A stretch of 63,957 nt of DNA, the filler included, from Octopus bimaculoides (Eukaryota), in assembly GCF_001194135.2 (NCBI RefSeq). It is 5 parts of 4 records of this genome, joined end to end, with 100 filler letters (N's around TTAATTAATTAA, not from the genome) between each part and the next. Parts side by side here need not be neighbours in the genome. Positions count along the whole stretch, not along the records: positions 36,865 to 62,651 come from NC_068989.1; 4 more parts are not named here. One strand, given 5' to 3'. Positions 48,301-61,759 of the stretch are shown in pieces (position 1 is the first letter of the stretch; the number at the start of each line of letters is the position of its first letter). Under the pieces are notes generated by a model. The model was given only the letters and a program-made list of their open reading frames with translations, was not told the origin of the DNA and did no database searches. Position numbers and translations under genes: made by a program.

Positions 48301-49209
48301 TGTGTGTATATATTCTTTTATTCTTTTACTTGTTTCAGTCATTTTACTGCGGCCATGCTGGAGCCCCACCATTANNNNNNNNNNNNNNNNNNNNNNNNNN
48401 NNNNNNNNNNNNNNNNNNNNNNNNNNNNNNNNNNNNNNNNNNNNNNNNNNNNNNNNNNNNNNNNNNNNNNNNNNNNNNNNNNNNNNNNNNNNNNNNNNNN
48501 NNNNNNNNNNNNNNNNNNNNNNNNNNNNNNNNNNNNNNNNNNNNNNNNNNNNNNNNNNNNNNNNNNNNNNNNNNNNNNNNNNNNNNNNNNNNNNNNNNNN
48601 NNNNNNNNNNNNNNNNNNNNNNNNNNNNNNNNNNNNNNNNNNNNNNNNNNNNNNNNNNNNNNNNNNNNNNNNNNNNNNNNNNNNNNNNNNNNNNNNNNNN
48701 NNNNNNNNNNNNNNNNNNNNNNNNNNNNNNNNNNNNNNNNNNNNNNNNNNNNNNNNNNNNNNNNNNNNNNNNNNNNNNNNNNNNNNNNNNNNNNNNNNNN
48801 NNNNNNNNNNNNNNNNNNNNNNNNNNNNNNNNNNNNNNNNNNNNNNNNNNNNNNNNNNNNNNNNNNNNNNNNNNNNNNNNNNNNNNNNNNNNNNNNNNNN
48901 NNNNNNNNNNNNNNNNNNNNNNNNNNNNNNNNNNNNNNNNNNNNNNNNNNNNNNNNNNNNNNNNNNNNNNNNNNNNNNNNNNNNNNNNNNNNNNNNNNNN
49001 NNNNNNNNNNNNNNNNNNNNNNNNNNNNNNNNNNNNNNNNNNNNNNNNNNNNNNNNNNNNNNNNNNNNNNNNNNNNNNNNNNNNNNNNNNNNNNNNNNNN
49101 NNNNNNNNNNNNNNNNNNNNNNNNNNNNNNNNNNNNNNNNNNNNNNNNNNNNNNNNNNNNNNNNNNNNNNNNNNNNNNNNNNNNNNNNNNNNNNNNNNNN
49201 NNNNNNNNN

Positions 49210-49260
<51 letters not shown>

Positions 49261-49569
49261 GTGAGTTTGATATATGTAAGCACACCTCATATTTGCTATT
49301 CATCCTGCATTAAACGTCATAGTGTAATGAAGCTAATGACAGACACAGTAGGCAAACCTTAACGTATGTCATAAAACGGATGTATATAAGTTTCCTTTTA
49401 TTAGCCGAAATATTTTGAACTCACTGAATGTCCTTAAAAATATATGTTATGGATGAATCAACTCACTAACATAAAATGACATCAGAAATTACGAGCACGG
49501 ATTTTAGACCAGCTAATTGACTGACAGGTTCATTGCGTACAAGTTCCGTCATCATCCTACATAGTCTTA

Positions 49570-49770
49570 GGCGTGGCTGTGTGGTAAGAAATCTTGCTTT
49601 CCAACCACATGACTCCGAGTTCAGTCCTTCTTCATGGCACTATGGGTAGATGTCTTCTAGTGTAGCCTGGAGTCGACTGAAGCCTTATGAGCGGATATGT
49701 TAGACGAAGAGTGAAAGAAGCACGCCGCAGTCAAATGACAAGGAAGTAAAAGAATAAAGGAATATATATA
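49570..49770 (+). mobile_element. Family B1 SINE fused to a family B tail
   Basis: ggcgtggctgtgtggtaag...gagttcagtcc...gtgtcttcta...gccgcagtcaaatgac. Confidence 0.75.
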
Positions 49771-50653
49771 TATATATTTATGAATATATATNNNNNNNNN
49801 NNNNNNNNNNNNNNNNNNNNNNNNNNNNNNNNNNNNNNNNNNNNNNNNNNNNNNNNNNNNNNNNNNNNNNNNNNNNNNNNNNNNNNNNNNNNNNNNNNNN
49901 NNNNNNNNNNNNNNNNNNNNNNNNNNNNNNNNNNNNNNNNNNNNNNNNNNNNNNNNNNNNNNNNNNNNNNNNNNNNNNNNNNNNNNNNNNNNNNNNNNNN
50001 NNNNNNNNNNNNNNNNNNNNNNNNNNNNNNNNNNNNNNNNNNNNNNNNNNNNNNNNNNNNNNNNNNNNNNNNNNNNNNNNNNNNNNNNNNNNNNNNNNNN
50101 NNNNNNNNNNNNNNNNNNNNNNNNNNNNNNNNNNNNNNNNNNNNNNNNNNNNNNNNNNNNNNNNNNNNNNNNNNNNNNNNNNNNNNNNNNNNNNNNNNNN
50201 NNNNNNNNNNNNNNNNNNNNNNNNNNNNNNNNNNNNNNNNNNNNNNNNNNNNNNNNNNNNNNNNNNNNNNNNNNNNNNNNNNNNNNNNNNNNNNNNNNNN
50301 NNNNNNNNNNNNNNNNNNNNNNNNNNNNNNNNNNNNNNNNNNNNNNNNNNNNNNNNNNNNNNNNNNNNNNNNNNNNNNNNNNNNNNNNNNNNNNNNNNNN
50401 NNNNNNNNNNNNNNNNNNNNNNNNNNNNNNNNNNNNNNNNNNNNNNNNNNNNNNNNNNNNNNNNNNNNNNNNNNNNNNNNNNNNNNNNNNNNNNNNNNNN
50501 NNNNNNNNNNNNNNNNNNNNNNNNNNNNNNNNNNNNNNNNNNNNNNNNNNNNNNNNNNNNNNNNNNNNNNNNNNNNNNNNNNNNNNNNNNNNNNNNNNNN
50601 NNNNNNNNNNNNNNNNNNNNNNNNNNNNNNNNNNNNNNNNNNNNNNNNNNNNN

Positions 50654-50948
50654 TGGGTACTCCACAGACACGTGTACCCTTAACATAGTTCCCGGGAAGA
50701 TCTAGCGTGGCACGGAGTGTGACAAGGCTGGTCCTTTGAAGTACAGGTACAACAGAAACAGAAGAAAGAGTGAGAGAAAGTTGTGATGAAAGAGTACAGC
50801 AGGGTTTGCCACCACCTCCTGCCGGAGCCTTGTGGATCTTTAGGTGTTTTCGCTCAATAAGCACTCCAAAGCCCGGTCTGTGAATCGAAACCGCGATCCT
50901 ACGACCGCGAGTGCGCTGCTCTAAATGCTGGGCCATTGCGCCTCTACA
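50654..50948 (-). mobile_element. tRNA-derived SINE family C, longer copy
   Basis: Reverse complement gaggcgcaatggcccagc...ggtcgtaggatcgcggtttcgattc... matches 27001-27130. Confidence 0.85.
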
Positions 50949-51436
50949 CACGCATATATATATTGAACCACTACCGTGGTTGAATATATTCTTAAGTCCA
51001 CCATTTCCTCAATCGCAGCAGCTTCCAAACTTCGCCACCAATTCAGTTCTGAACTAAATTACAAATTGTTAACAGTTTTAAAGAACACACCTCCTCAGCT
51101 ACAGCTTGGCATAAATAGTTTGAGATTTGGTTCAGTTAAAAATAAGTTCCATCAAAATATCTGCGACCTCAAGGGGGGCAGTAAGGCACCTATTCATCGT
51201 CAATTAACATATTTGTTTTTAATTTTAAAATAAAAGGTTATTTTCTTAGGCTTAAATAATAGAAAAATGCATGAGGAATTCAGAATCGTTAGTCGCATTG
51301 AACAAAAATTAGTAGAAAAACAGTTATGAGGTTAAATGTAATGAAATTTATTATCAGTAAGTGAGGAAGTAAGAAGTAACTCCCCAATCTATAATGTTAA
51401 GATAAGAGTATATTTCTAAAATGAATGGTTGCACTT

Positions 51437-51545
51437 CAAGGCGGCGAGTTGGCAGAAACGTTATCACACCGTCCGAAATGCTTATCGGTATTTCGTCTGT
51501 CTTTTCGTTCTGAGTTCAAATTGCACCGTGGTCTACTTTACCAGT
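51437..51545 (+). mobile_element. Family A SINE 5' half
   Basis: aaggcggcgagttggcagaaacgtta...ttctgagttcaaattgc. Confidence 0.8.
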
Positions 51546-53454
51546 CGTATATTTTATTTATGTAATTAAGTATTTAATAAAGTTGCTTTTAATATGCTGT
51601 TGAATTAGGGTAAGTTTAACTTTTATTATTAATTTTCTCTTTGAGCTTTAATTAATTTGCTTTCTGCTTTTTTTTGCTTTTCCTTTTTAGTTGCTTTCCT
51701 TTTCTTTTTAGTTAATTATTTAATCAGGCTAGTTCATTAATGTGTTATATGTTTCAAATAAGTGCATCTAAATTTATTGAGGCAGGAATATAGTGATTTT
51801 TGGCTGTGTCTCTATGGGCAGACCTGAGGGCCTGTAGTAAGGCTATCCAGAAAAGGCACTGGTTAAAAGTCCTTATATTCTAAATTTACTTTTTAAAATT
51901 CAAAATTCATTAAAAGGGATTTTTCTTAAATCAAATTTATATTAATGAGACGTAGGTAATTTTAACTTGTGTATATCTGATATGCTTTTATAATTACTGT
52001 TGTATTAAATAATTATTGATAGATCTAAATTAGCAGCAGTCAGTTCTATTACCTCCAACTCAAAATCTAGGTTACTTAAGGTGAGCCTGGTAACTGATGG
52101 TTTTGGGCTCTTAATCGTAACTTTTGGTGAGCCATGGTGCAACCAACAAGATGGTAAAATTCCCTGCCATTAATTTGGTGTGGATGGGTAATATCAAATA
52201 ATTCAATCACAACATATATTTAGATTAAACATGTAAAAAATTGAAATATTTTCATCACTCACATGGAAAAATTGAAATATTATATTTCAGTATTATATAA
52301 GTTCAAATCTTAAATTATTAATTAACACATTATTAATTATCTTACAACAGCAATGCCTTAAAAAATCATGGATTATATGGAAAAATACGAGCATGAAAAG
52401 TAATATTCTTAAGATTATAAACCTAGAAAATTGCAGGACAAGTTATTACACCTGAAAAAGTATTGGACAAGTTAATACTTCTGGTAAAGTAAAGAATAGA
52501 AACTTTATACTTAAAATATTGCAGCTAAAATTAAAACTTGAATATTAAAAATTATTTTATTATATAAAACTATACTCATTTCAGTAGAATTTATTTAAGT
52601 GGAATTTGGCTAATTTACTACCTGAAATACAGAAAAAAGGGTCTAATTAGACAAACTTACAAATTAGCTGAACAGATCTGTACAATAAATTTAAAAGATG
52701 AGAACTGTAAAGTGAGATAAATTAAAAGAANNNNNNNNNNNNNNNNNNNNNNNNNNNNNNNNNNNNNNNNNNNNNNNNNNNNNNNNNNNNNNNNNNNNNN
52801 NNNNNNNNNNNNNNNNNNNNNNNNNNNNNNNNNNNNNNNNNNNNNNNNNNNNNNNNNNNNNNNNNNNNNNNNNNNNNNNNNNNNNNNNNNNNNNNNNNNN
52901 NNNNNNNNNNNNNNNNNNNNNNNNNNNNNNNNNNNNNNNNNNNNNNNNNNNNNNNNNNNNNNNNNNNNNNNNNNNNNNNNNNNNNNNNNNNNNNNNNNNN
53001 NNNNNNNNNNNNNNNNNNNNNNNNNNNNNNNNNNNNNNNNNNNNNNNNNNNNNNNNNNNNNNNNNNNNNNNNNNNNNNNNNNNNNNNNNNNNNNNNNNNN
53101 NNNNNNNNNNNNNNNNNNNNNNNNNNNNNNNNNNNNNNNNNNNNNNNNNNNNNNNNNNNNNNNNNNNNNNNNNNNNNNNNNNNNNNNNNNNNNNNNNNNN
53201 NNNNNNNNNNNNNNNNNNNNNNNNNNNNNNNNNNNNNNNNNNNNNNNNNNNNNNNNNNNNNNNNNNNNNNNNNNNNNNNNNNNNNNNNNNNNNNNNNNNN
53301 NTTTGAGTGCCTGAGAAACACCTTATAGCTTCATCGGAACCTCACACATGAAATTTGACTCAACTATGATTCCACAGCTGCCATTAGCAGAAACAACTGG
53401 GAGGCAATGAAGTTCATAAGATAATTCTTTATTCCATAGTTATCTCATTTTGTT

Positions 53455-53500
<46 letters not shown>

Positions 53501-54317
53501 ACACACGATTAAATAAGTATCAGTTACGCACTGGGGTCGATACAATCGACTTAATCCGTTTGTCTGTCCTTGTTTGTCCCCTCTATGTGTAGCCCCTTGT
53601 TGGTAGTAAAGAAATAACACACACACGCACATACAAGCATTATTGCATCTATCAATCGGTACACACACATATATATATTTACATACATATTTACACGTAC
53701 TATAGAAATACAATACATGTAGTAATCAAACTTCGTATAAAATCGTATGTCACGGCCAAATACGCGAGATGATTTCATGTTAGCAGACTTGCATGGATCC
53801 TATATACATATCACACAAACACACTTCTCGGCGAATATGTGAATGCATGCGTATGTGCATATGTGTTTATGTGTGAGTGTATATGTGGTTGTCTATGTGC
53901 GCGTGCATTATTCGTGTTTGGGCTGTATGTATTTATATGGTGTCTCATTATGCTTAGAAATATCTGTGAAAAAATTTTCTCGTTGTTCTACTAACTACTG
54001 GCCCGTGAACACAACTACAAGCTGGGCGTAATGATTTCACGTTTGTTAACCTGGGTTCGTTTTCGAGAGTGTGTATTGCACATGTGACTGAGCATGTGGG
54101 AGAAGTGATCGGTGGGGAGATGCGTGAGAGGGAGAGAGAAAGAGATAGAGGTGAATGTTTTACATTTCCAGCCAAATTGTTCTGGATTCAGTCCCAATAC
54201 ATAGTACTTTGGTTACCAAAAGTGTTTTTTCGCGTCGACCCAAGATTTATGAATGGATTTGATAGACAGAAACTGAAATAAACCCGTTGTGCATGTGTGT
54301 GTGTGTGNNNNNNNNNN

Positions 54318-54357
<40 letters not shown>

Positions 54358-54690
54358 CACACACATTTGTATGTGTGAGCGTATGTGTATCCATATATTT
54401 GCGTAAGCATGTTTCTCTCTCTCTCTCTTTCTATATATATATATATGTGTGTATGATTGTGTATGTGTGTGTGTGTATGTATACAATTTACACATATATA
54501 TGTGCATATGCATACATGTATATGTATACACACACACGCACACAAACACACACATATATATATACACACACATATATATATACACACACATATATATGCA
54601 TACATGTATACCCATACATATATACATATAAATTTATGTACAAATAGTTTTAATATATTTACTTCACATACCATAACAGCATTCATGGAT

Positions 54691-54883
54691 ATTATTTACA
54701 TTATTTACATTTGACGGATATTTGTCCTCATCTTGTTTGGTGTTAAGACAACGTTTCACTTGATGTACTCTCCAGCCTCCATCAAGTGTCCTGGGGGAAT
54801 TTCGAACCTGGGTTATCGTTGTTAAGGTATTTTTCCGATGTTATTACTAACTCCAAGATTCCGAGTTCGATTCCAGGCAGCGA

Positions 54884-54961
<78 letters not shown>

Positions 54962-55150
54962 CAACAACAACATCGGAAAAATATTTTAAGAATGAGAACC
55001 CAGGTTCGAAATTCACCCAGGGAACCTAACGAATGCTGGGGAGTACATCAGCCGAAACGTTGTGTTAACAACGAACAAGATGAGGACAAACATCCGTCAA
55101 ATATAAATAGTGTCAATAATGTACATAATTCAACATCTCTCAAATATAGA
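54691..55150. mobile_element. Second copy of the double-hammerhead inverted-repeat element, with a tRNA-like fragment and (TAA)n in the loop
   Basis: Arms 54691-54846 and 54971-~55110 are reverse complements and match 19694-19995. Both HHR cores are degenerate (UUGAUGG at 54779-54785, minus; CUAACGA at 55026-55032, plus). B-box GAGTTCGATTCC at 54863-54874. Confidence 0.8.
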
Positions 55151-56155
55151 ACAGCATTCGTTGATATTGATAAGGATGATATATTGTGATTTGTCTTTTA
55201 CTAAGCAATCTGGTATGACATAGAAGCTTTATTTACGTTAGCCAAATAACTAAGGTACCACTTTAGGCTATTAGTACCAGGTTTTGGAAAATTAAAATTG
55301 TTCGGAGAATGGGAAAAGATGGGAGAATAGACTACAAAACATCTCCTTTATACTGTAAGAGCTAGGCTATTCCCATTTCCTCAGTTCGGTTATTTTATTT
55401 TCAGACGGAAACAATAATAGCCAATTTCGCGTGGTGTGACTTCAACTGACGGGTTTGAGATGTTATGTTGTTGTTATTTTGGCCCTGTATTTTTGGCGTC
55501 TCAGATTCAAGACTGGAATGCTTGACATGAAACTCTTTTCTCGGGGCATCTTAACTACATGAAAATTGTGTTTTTCTTTATAGTTGATAATAGACTGTAA
55601 TGCAACTCAACTAGTCAACTACTAAATTTCAATAATATTTCTGCCTCACTTTATATGGCTGAAGAAATACTTGCTAAACGGAAAAGGAACAACCGAATCA
55701 AGAAAATTGCAGTAAAGCTGCATGATAGTGGTGTCTGACCTGATATGCAGACTATCATATAACTTGTACGACATGTGCATTGCGTTTTTATTCTTCTCTT
55801 CCGTTTTACGAATCAAGTGTGCACATGCGCATTGCGTGCTCATACATTGCCTCCCGAGTCTTACTTAAAACTGTATGCAGATAATAACCATCTCACGAAT
55901 TTGCAGTCGTGAGGAGCGCTTTGCGCTCCGATAGTTGTGAAAAAGAATATCAAAATGGATTTTTGTACAACTTTGACAAAACAGACAGAACTGATATTGA
56001 GTCTTACTTTTGGCATTGTATATATATATATGTGTATGTGTGTTTGTATTTTGGAAGAGAGACAGAAAGAGGGAGAGGGAGAGAAAGAGTGGTGAGAGAG
56101 ATACGTGTAGCAAATGTATCCACAAACGGACATTGAGGTCTTTCAATTTCCTTAC

Positions 56156-56245
56156 GTTACAACTAGAAGCCATTCGTTGATATTCGATCTTTAGTATATC
56201 ATACGCCGTAATCAGTATCGTTTCATCGTCTATGACTGGCATTTT
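56156..56245 (-). CDS. Possible 90-nt exon (KMPVIDDETILITAYDILKIEYQRMASSCN)
   Basis: ctcag| ... aac|gtaagg, phase 0-0 open frame. The acceptor lacks a polypyrimidine tract. Confidence 0.2.
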
Positions 56246-56272
56246 CTGAGGTGTGTGTGTGTATGACGACAT

Positions 56273-56303
<31 letters not shown>

Positions 56304-57648
56304 TGTGTTTCAGCCAAGTGGCTGCGGTCATGCTTGTGCACATTGTTCATGATATCAAGGTGCGGTTTTCTGAAAAGACATATTACGAAAATGTAATTTA
56401 TTTACTCACATTTTAACTTTGAATGTTACGTTGGTGGTCTGTGTTCAACTATGATACGCATGACATGTGAGAGGTATTAAGGTTAGGCTTAAATGAAGTT
56501 GAAGAGGAAATAGGTGTGGTTGAAGATTCGTTAAATGCCAAACTGCTATTGACTCAGTACGAGTATACACTACTCTGGCGTTCTGACCACAAACACTAGA
56601 CAGAGCCCTTACGTCTTTGGCTATATACTTCAGCCGTTCTTTTAAGTTATAATAACTTTCAGTCTTAAATCATAAAACTTCTACACACACCTGGCTAGTC
56701 ACCAAAGATCTGCCGTAACGGTTACGCTTCACAGACGATGACCAATAAGAAGGATATGCACCCAGAGTTGCCCTAGTACTGCGAAATATCAGATTAATTC
56801 CTTAGTGCATAACATATTTAATTAATTTTATAAATTAATTAATTTTCTAATTATGGTCCTCATGAAGTGATATGTAAATTACCTCAATCATTTTTTTGAG
56901 TTAGAACAACATTTAGTTATACATACATAAAATCTTACTATACATCTTTCATCAACGATCTGCAGTTACGATCAAACTATACTTTCCTGACGAGGACTGA
57001 TAAAATGGAAGCACACAGAGAATTGTCCCAGGAGTGTGAAATACCACATTCAATCATCGCTCCATTACATATTAATTATTTTTATTTATATTAAAAATTT
57101 TAGGTGAAGGCGTAGATGTATGGTAATAAGTTTGTTTCCAAACCACATAGTTTCAGGTTATATAAATGTATGTATGTGTGTGTAACTTTGTATCTGTGTT
57201 TCTTCCCGTGTTGGTGTGTTTACGTCCCCTCAACTTAACAGCTCAGAAAAAGAGTGCGGTAGAATATGTACCGGGCTTAAAAGAAAAATAATGAGTACTG
57301 GGCTCAAGTAATTGGACTGAAAAATGTTCAAGGCTATGCTCCAGTATGGTCGCACTCTAATGACTGAAACAAGCAAAAAATAAAAGATAAGAAATTTCAT
57401 TGTCGCTCTGCCTACCATTTCGACCACAATTCATCATTTAAATAATTATTGTCCTCACCACTTAAAATGTAAATTCTAATCAATTAAAATTTTGTAGGCT
57501 CACGATATAGTAAACATACCAAAAATTCTATTTTTCTGTATACACTGGTATTTCCTTTTATCTCATGCAAAAATGGTCATGTACTTGATACGAAAATCTT
57601 TAAGCACAAACACAGATTTGATTTGCTTAAATTAGGAGTGACGTTTTG

Positions 57649-57800
57649 AAGGCGGCGATTTGGCAGGGTCGTTAGCACGCCGGGCGAAATGGTTAGTGAT
57701 ATCATTACATCTGTCGTTACGTTCTGAGTTCAAATTCCGCTGACATCGATTTTCCATTTTGTCCTTTCCGTTTGGATAAAATGAGGATTTGACCTGGTGC
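57649..57800 (+). mobile_element. Family A SINE, diverged
   Basis: aaggcggcgatttggcagg..cgttagcacgccgggcgaaatg...ttctgagttcaaattccgc. Confidence 0.8.
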
Positions 57801-58289
57801 CAAAATTTGAAACCATTATTAATACCATTTCACTCCTATCATGTTGAGTTATGGTTTTGATTGTTGGGCTTGTGATCATTAGGCAGTGAGTTCAATTCTT
57901 AGAGTTGGCGATGCATTGGTGTCCCGGATCACCCTACTTTCATTTTCACCTTGCTTCAATTCACTCAGTCGAAAACGAGCATCAACAAAATCTTTGAGCC
58001 GTGCGCTTTAACACTGTGTCACACTGGCCTCTCATTATAGGCCCTATGGAAAACGCAATAAATATTAGCCTAATTGACTTGAATGATGTTAAATTAACCA
58101 TTTAATAAAATAATATTCTGACTCATTGTACATCAATATAAGCAATTACACTCTCGATCCTTATTTCAACAGCTTAGGGCCGAGTTTCGTGCATTTACAT
58201 CGGGGAGGACATAGCTAGTCAATCAATGACCAATGGTGAAAGAATGTGTGTGCTGGACTCGAGCGAAAGGATTAGAGACAAACTCTTAC

Positions 58290-58445
58290 CACTCTGGTCA
58301 ATCGCTCATCAACTTTTTCAAGTACCACTTGAAAAGGAAGGTGAGAATGGAGTGGCAGGTTTTGTCTCGTGAAAGTTGCAAAAAAAGGTAGATGAATGTA
58401 GCAAAGATGGTGTGTGCGAGTGATGAAACCACTTTGAGCATGATC
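58290..58445 (-). CDS. Candidate 156-nt internal exon (coding status uncertain)
   Basis: Strong acceptor (ct)n-ttctgttttcgatttacag| and donor gtg|gtaagag. Phase 0-0 frame is open: DHAQSGFITR...VVLEKVDERLTRV. Confidence 0.35.
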
Positions 58446-58615
58446 CTGTAAATCGAAAACAGAAAGAGAGAGAGAGAGAGAGAGAGCACTTTGCTCTTAT
58501 GTGTTTATTCCCTGCCTGCCTGAGGTTACCGTGGTCTTTTCCGTAGGCTTTTCTTTCCACAGATAAACCTAATCTTGCTTTTTACATTTAAAAAATTCTT
58601 CTGTGATACACGACC

Positions 58616-58680
58616 CCTTTTGATCGCCTTTTTTTTCCGATCCCTTTTGATCGCCTTTTTTTTCCGATCCATTTTGATCG
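58616..58680. repeat. 27-bp tandem repeat x~2.4
   Basis: tgatcg recurs at 58621, 58648 and 58675. Confidence 0.85.
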
Positions 58681-58832
58681 GATTTTTACTTTTTTCTCTT
58701 TCTTTCCGTTTTTGTTTATGATTTTCGAAAAGAAAAGCTCTACATTAGTATTTGTCCCCTCTGTGTTCAGGTCTGTGTTGCCGTCTGTCTGTCTGTCTCT
58801 CTATCTACATACCTACATAACAACCTAACTAC

Positions 58833-58892
<60 letters not shown>

Positions 58893-59560
58893 GATCATAT
58901 TTATATAAATAAGGATAAGATCGATATTTAAAATATTGATCTTATCAAGTGGTCAGCATGGGAATAAAAACCATCAAAGGTAATAATTATTTAAAATTAT
59001 AATACAGGGTATCAAGAGATACCACCACGCTGAAAAAATAGCAGTCAAATCCTGACTCTAAAACCACAATAAATGTCCGCATGGCACGATTAGCGAAGAC
59101 GAAGACCAACTAAACCAGGAAAAATATAGATAATTCNNNNNNNNNNNNNNNNNNNNNNNNNNNNNNNNNNNNNNNNNNNNNNNNNNNNNNNNNNNNNNNN
59201 NNNNNNNNNNNNNNNNNNNNNNNNNNNNNNNNNNNNNNNNNNNNNNNNNNNNNNNNNNNNNNNNNNNNNNNNNNNNNNNNNNNNNNNNNNNNNNNNNNNN
59301 NNNNNNNNNNNNNNNNNNNNNNNNNNNNNNNNNNNNNNNNNNNNNNNNNNNNNNNNNNNNNNNNNNNNNNNNNNNNNNNNNNNNNNNNNNNNNNNNNNNN
59401 NNNNNNNNNNNNNNNNNNNNNNNNNNNNNNNNNNNNNNNNNNNNNNNNNNNNNNNNNNNNNNNNNNNNNNNNNNNNNNNNNNNNNNNNNNNNNNNNNNNN
59501 NNNNNNNNNNNNNNNNNNNNNNNNNNNNNNNNNNNNNNNNNNNNNNNNNNNNNNNNNNNN

Positions 59561-59665
<105 letters not shown>

Positions 59666-60430
59666 GTCTGTCTGTCTGTCTGTCTATCTGTCTACTTATC
59701 TATCTACCAATTTATTTCTTTGTTTGTCTGTTTAACAATCTATCCATCTATCTATTATGTGTGTTGTGTCTATAGGTTATATACATATAACAGACACACA
59801 TATACACGCACACATATAGTTTTACTTTTATAACTTTGTTGCCAATGGACGCTTTCGTCAACCTGTTTCTCCTACTCATTCATTGTCACACCGGTAAAAT
59901 AAAATAAACCAAAAACGAGAAATAGAAAACGACAAAAATAACGAGACGAAAACATAACAAGGACACCTCCTGTTTAGCGTCTGCTACTCCTGCTTCTGTT
60001 GCTGCTGCTACTGCTGTTGTTGTTTTTTGTTGTTATTGTTGCTGTTGGTATTATTGTTTTTTTTTTTTCTTTGCTAAAAAACTGCACCTTGCCACGGATG
60101 GTCTCTTGATATTTTATTAAAGTAGAATCGAATGGGAGTTTCTTAAATCAATCTGAGAAGGCAGTTGCTCAAAAGCGAATCCAAGCAAGCGGTTTTAACA
60201 GATCTATACCACCGCCACCACCACCACCACCACCACCACCGCCGCCGCCGCCGCCGCCGCCATTGTTACTTTTGTCATAAACAACAACAACAAGAATAAC
60301 AACAATAAAGATAAGAATAAAAGTAGCACAAGCAATTCCTATATATTAATAGTAACCGCTATAGCAACATCAAAACAGATAGAGATAGAGAGAGTGTGTG
60401 TGGATTACAGAGAGAACAGAGAGGGAAAAC

Positions 60431-60509
60431 ATGTTGGCAGAAATATATGATCCTTGGTTACGAAATCTCCGCTGGAATACATTGTTGATATTTGGTTTTT
60501 GTATACAAG
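60431..60509 (+). CDS. Candidate first coding exon encoding a signal-peptide-like N-terminus
   Basis: aaaacATG context. Reads MLAEIYDPWLRNLRWNTLLIFGFCIQ-G, ending at a consensus phase-1 donor caag|gtaagt. Confidence 0.55.
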
Positions 60510-61759
60510 GTAAGTAAAGGGAGATACAAACATTTAAAAAAAAAAGTTACTAAATATCAATAATACACATTTCCCCCTGAAATCAGTAACATATATTGTA
60601 TTTCCCGAAAAACTCTACTCGGTATTTTTATAGTTGTGGTGTGTGTTTGATTCTCGTTAATTAATTATATAAGAGGGTGTATTCATTTTACTATTGGATT
60701 CCGATAACAAATAAATATTGTAGTGTACGCCAGAAGTCATATTCTCTTTAATATTCGATGTAATTATTCGATGGAAGGGATTTTATTTACGTTGATGAAC
60801 TGAATTTAAATAAAGTGAACAGCAATTTATACATATCGATATCAGATATATGTATGTATGTATGTATGACCACGTACGTATATATATATATATATATATA
60901 TATATNNNNNNNNNNNNNNNNNNNNNNNNNNNNNNNNNNNNNNNNNNNNNNNNNNNNNNNNNNNNNNNNNNNNNNNNNNNNNNNNNNNNNNNNNNNNNNN
61001 NNNNNNNNNNNNNNNNNNNNNNNNNNNNNNNNNNNNNNNNNNNNNNNNNNNNNNNNNNNNNNNNNNNNNNNNNNNNNNNNNNNNNNNNNNNNNNNNNNNN
61101 NNNNNNNNNNNNNNNNNNNNNNNNNNNNNNNNNNNNNNNNNNNNNNNNNNNNNNNNNNNNNNNNNNNNNNNNNNNNNNNNNNNNNNNNNNNNNNNNNNNN
61201 NNNNNNNNNNNNNNNNNNNNNNNNNNNNNNNNNNNNNNNNNNNNNNNNNNNNNNNNNNNNNNNNNNNNNNNNNNNNNNNNNNNNNNNNNNNNNNNNNNNN
61301 NNNNNNNNNNNNNNNNNNNNNNNNNNNNNNNNNNNNNNNNNNNNNNNNNNNNNNNNNNNNNNNNNNNNNNNNNNNNNNNNNNNNNNNNNNNNNNNNNNNN
61401 NNNNNNNNNNNNNNNNNNNNNNNNNNNNNNNNNNNNNNNNNNNNNNNNNNNNNNNNNNNNNNNNNNNNNNNNNNNNNNNNNNNNNNNNNNNNNNNNNNNN
61501 NNNNNNNNNNNNNNNNNNNNNNNNNNNNNNNNNNNNNNNNNNNNNNNNNNNNNNNNNNNNNNNNNNNNNNNNNNNNNNNNNNNNNNNNNNNNNNNNNNNN
61601 NNNNNNNNNNNNNNNNNNNNNNNNNNNNNNNNNNNNNNNNNNNNNNNNNNNNNNNNATATATATATATATACACAGCATGCGCAAGATATTTGAGGACAG
61701 GCTTATGTTTATAAACAAAACATATATATATTAACAGATTACAACTTTATTCATCAAAA

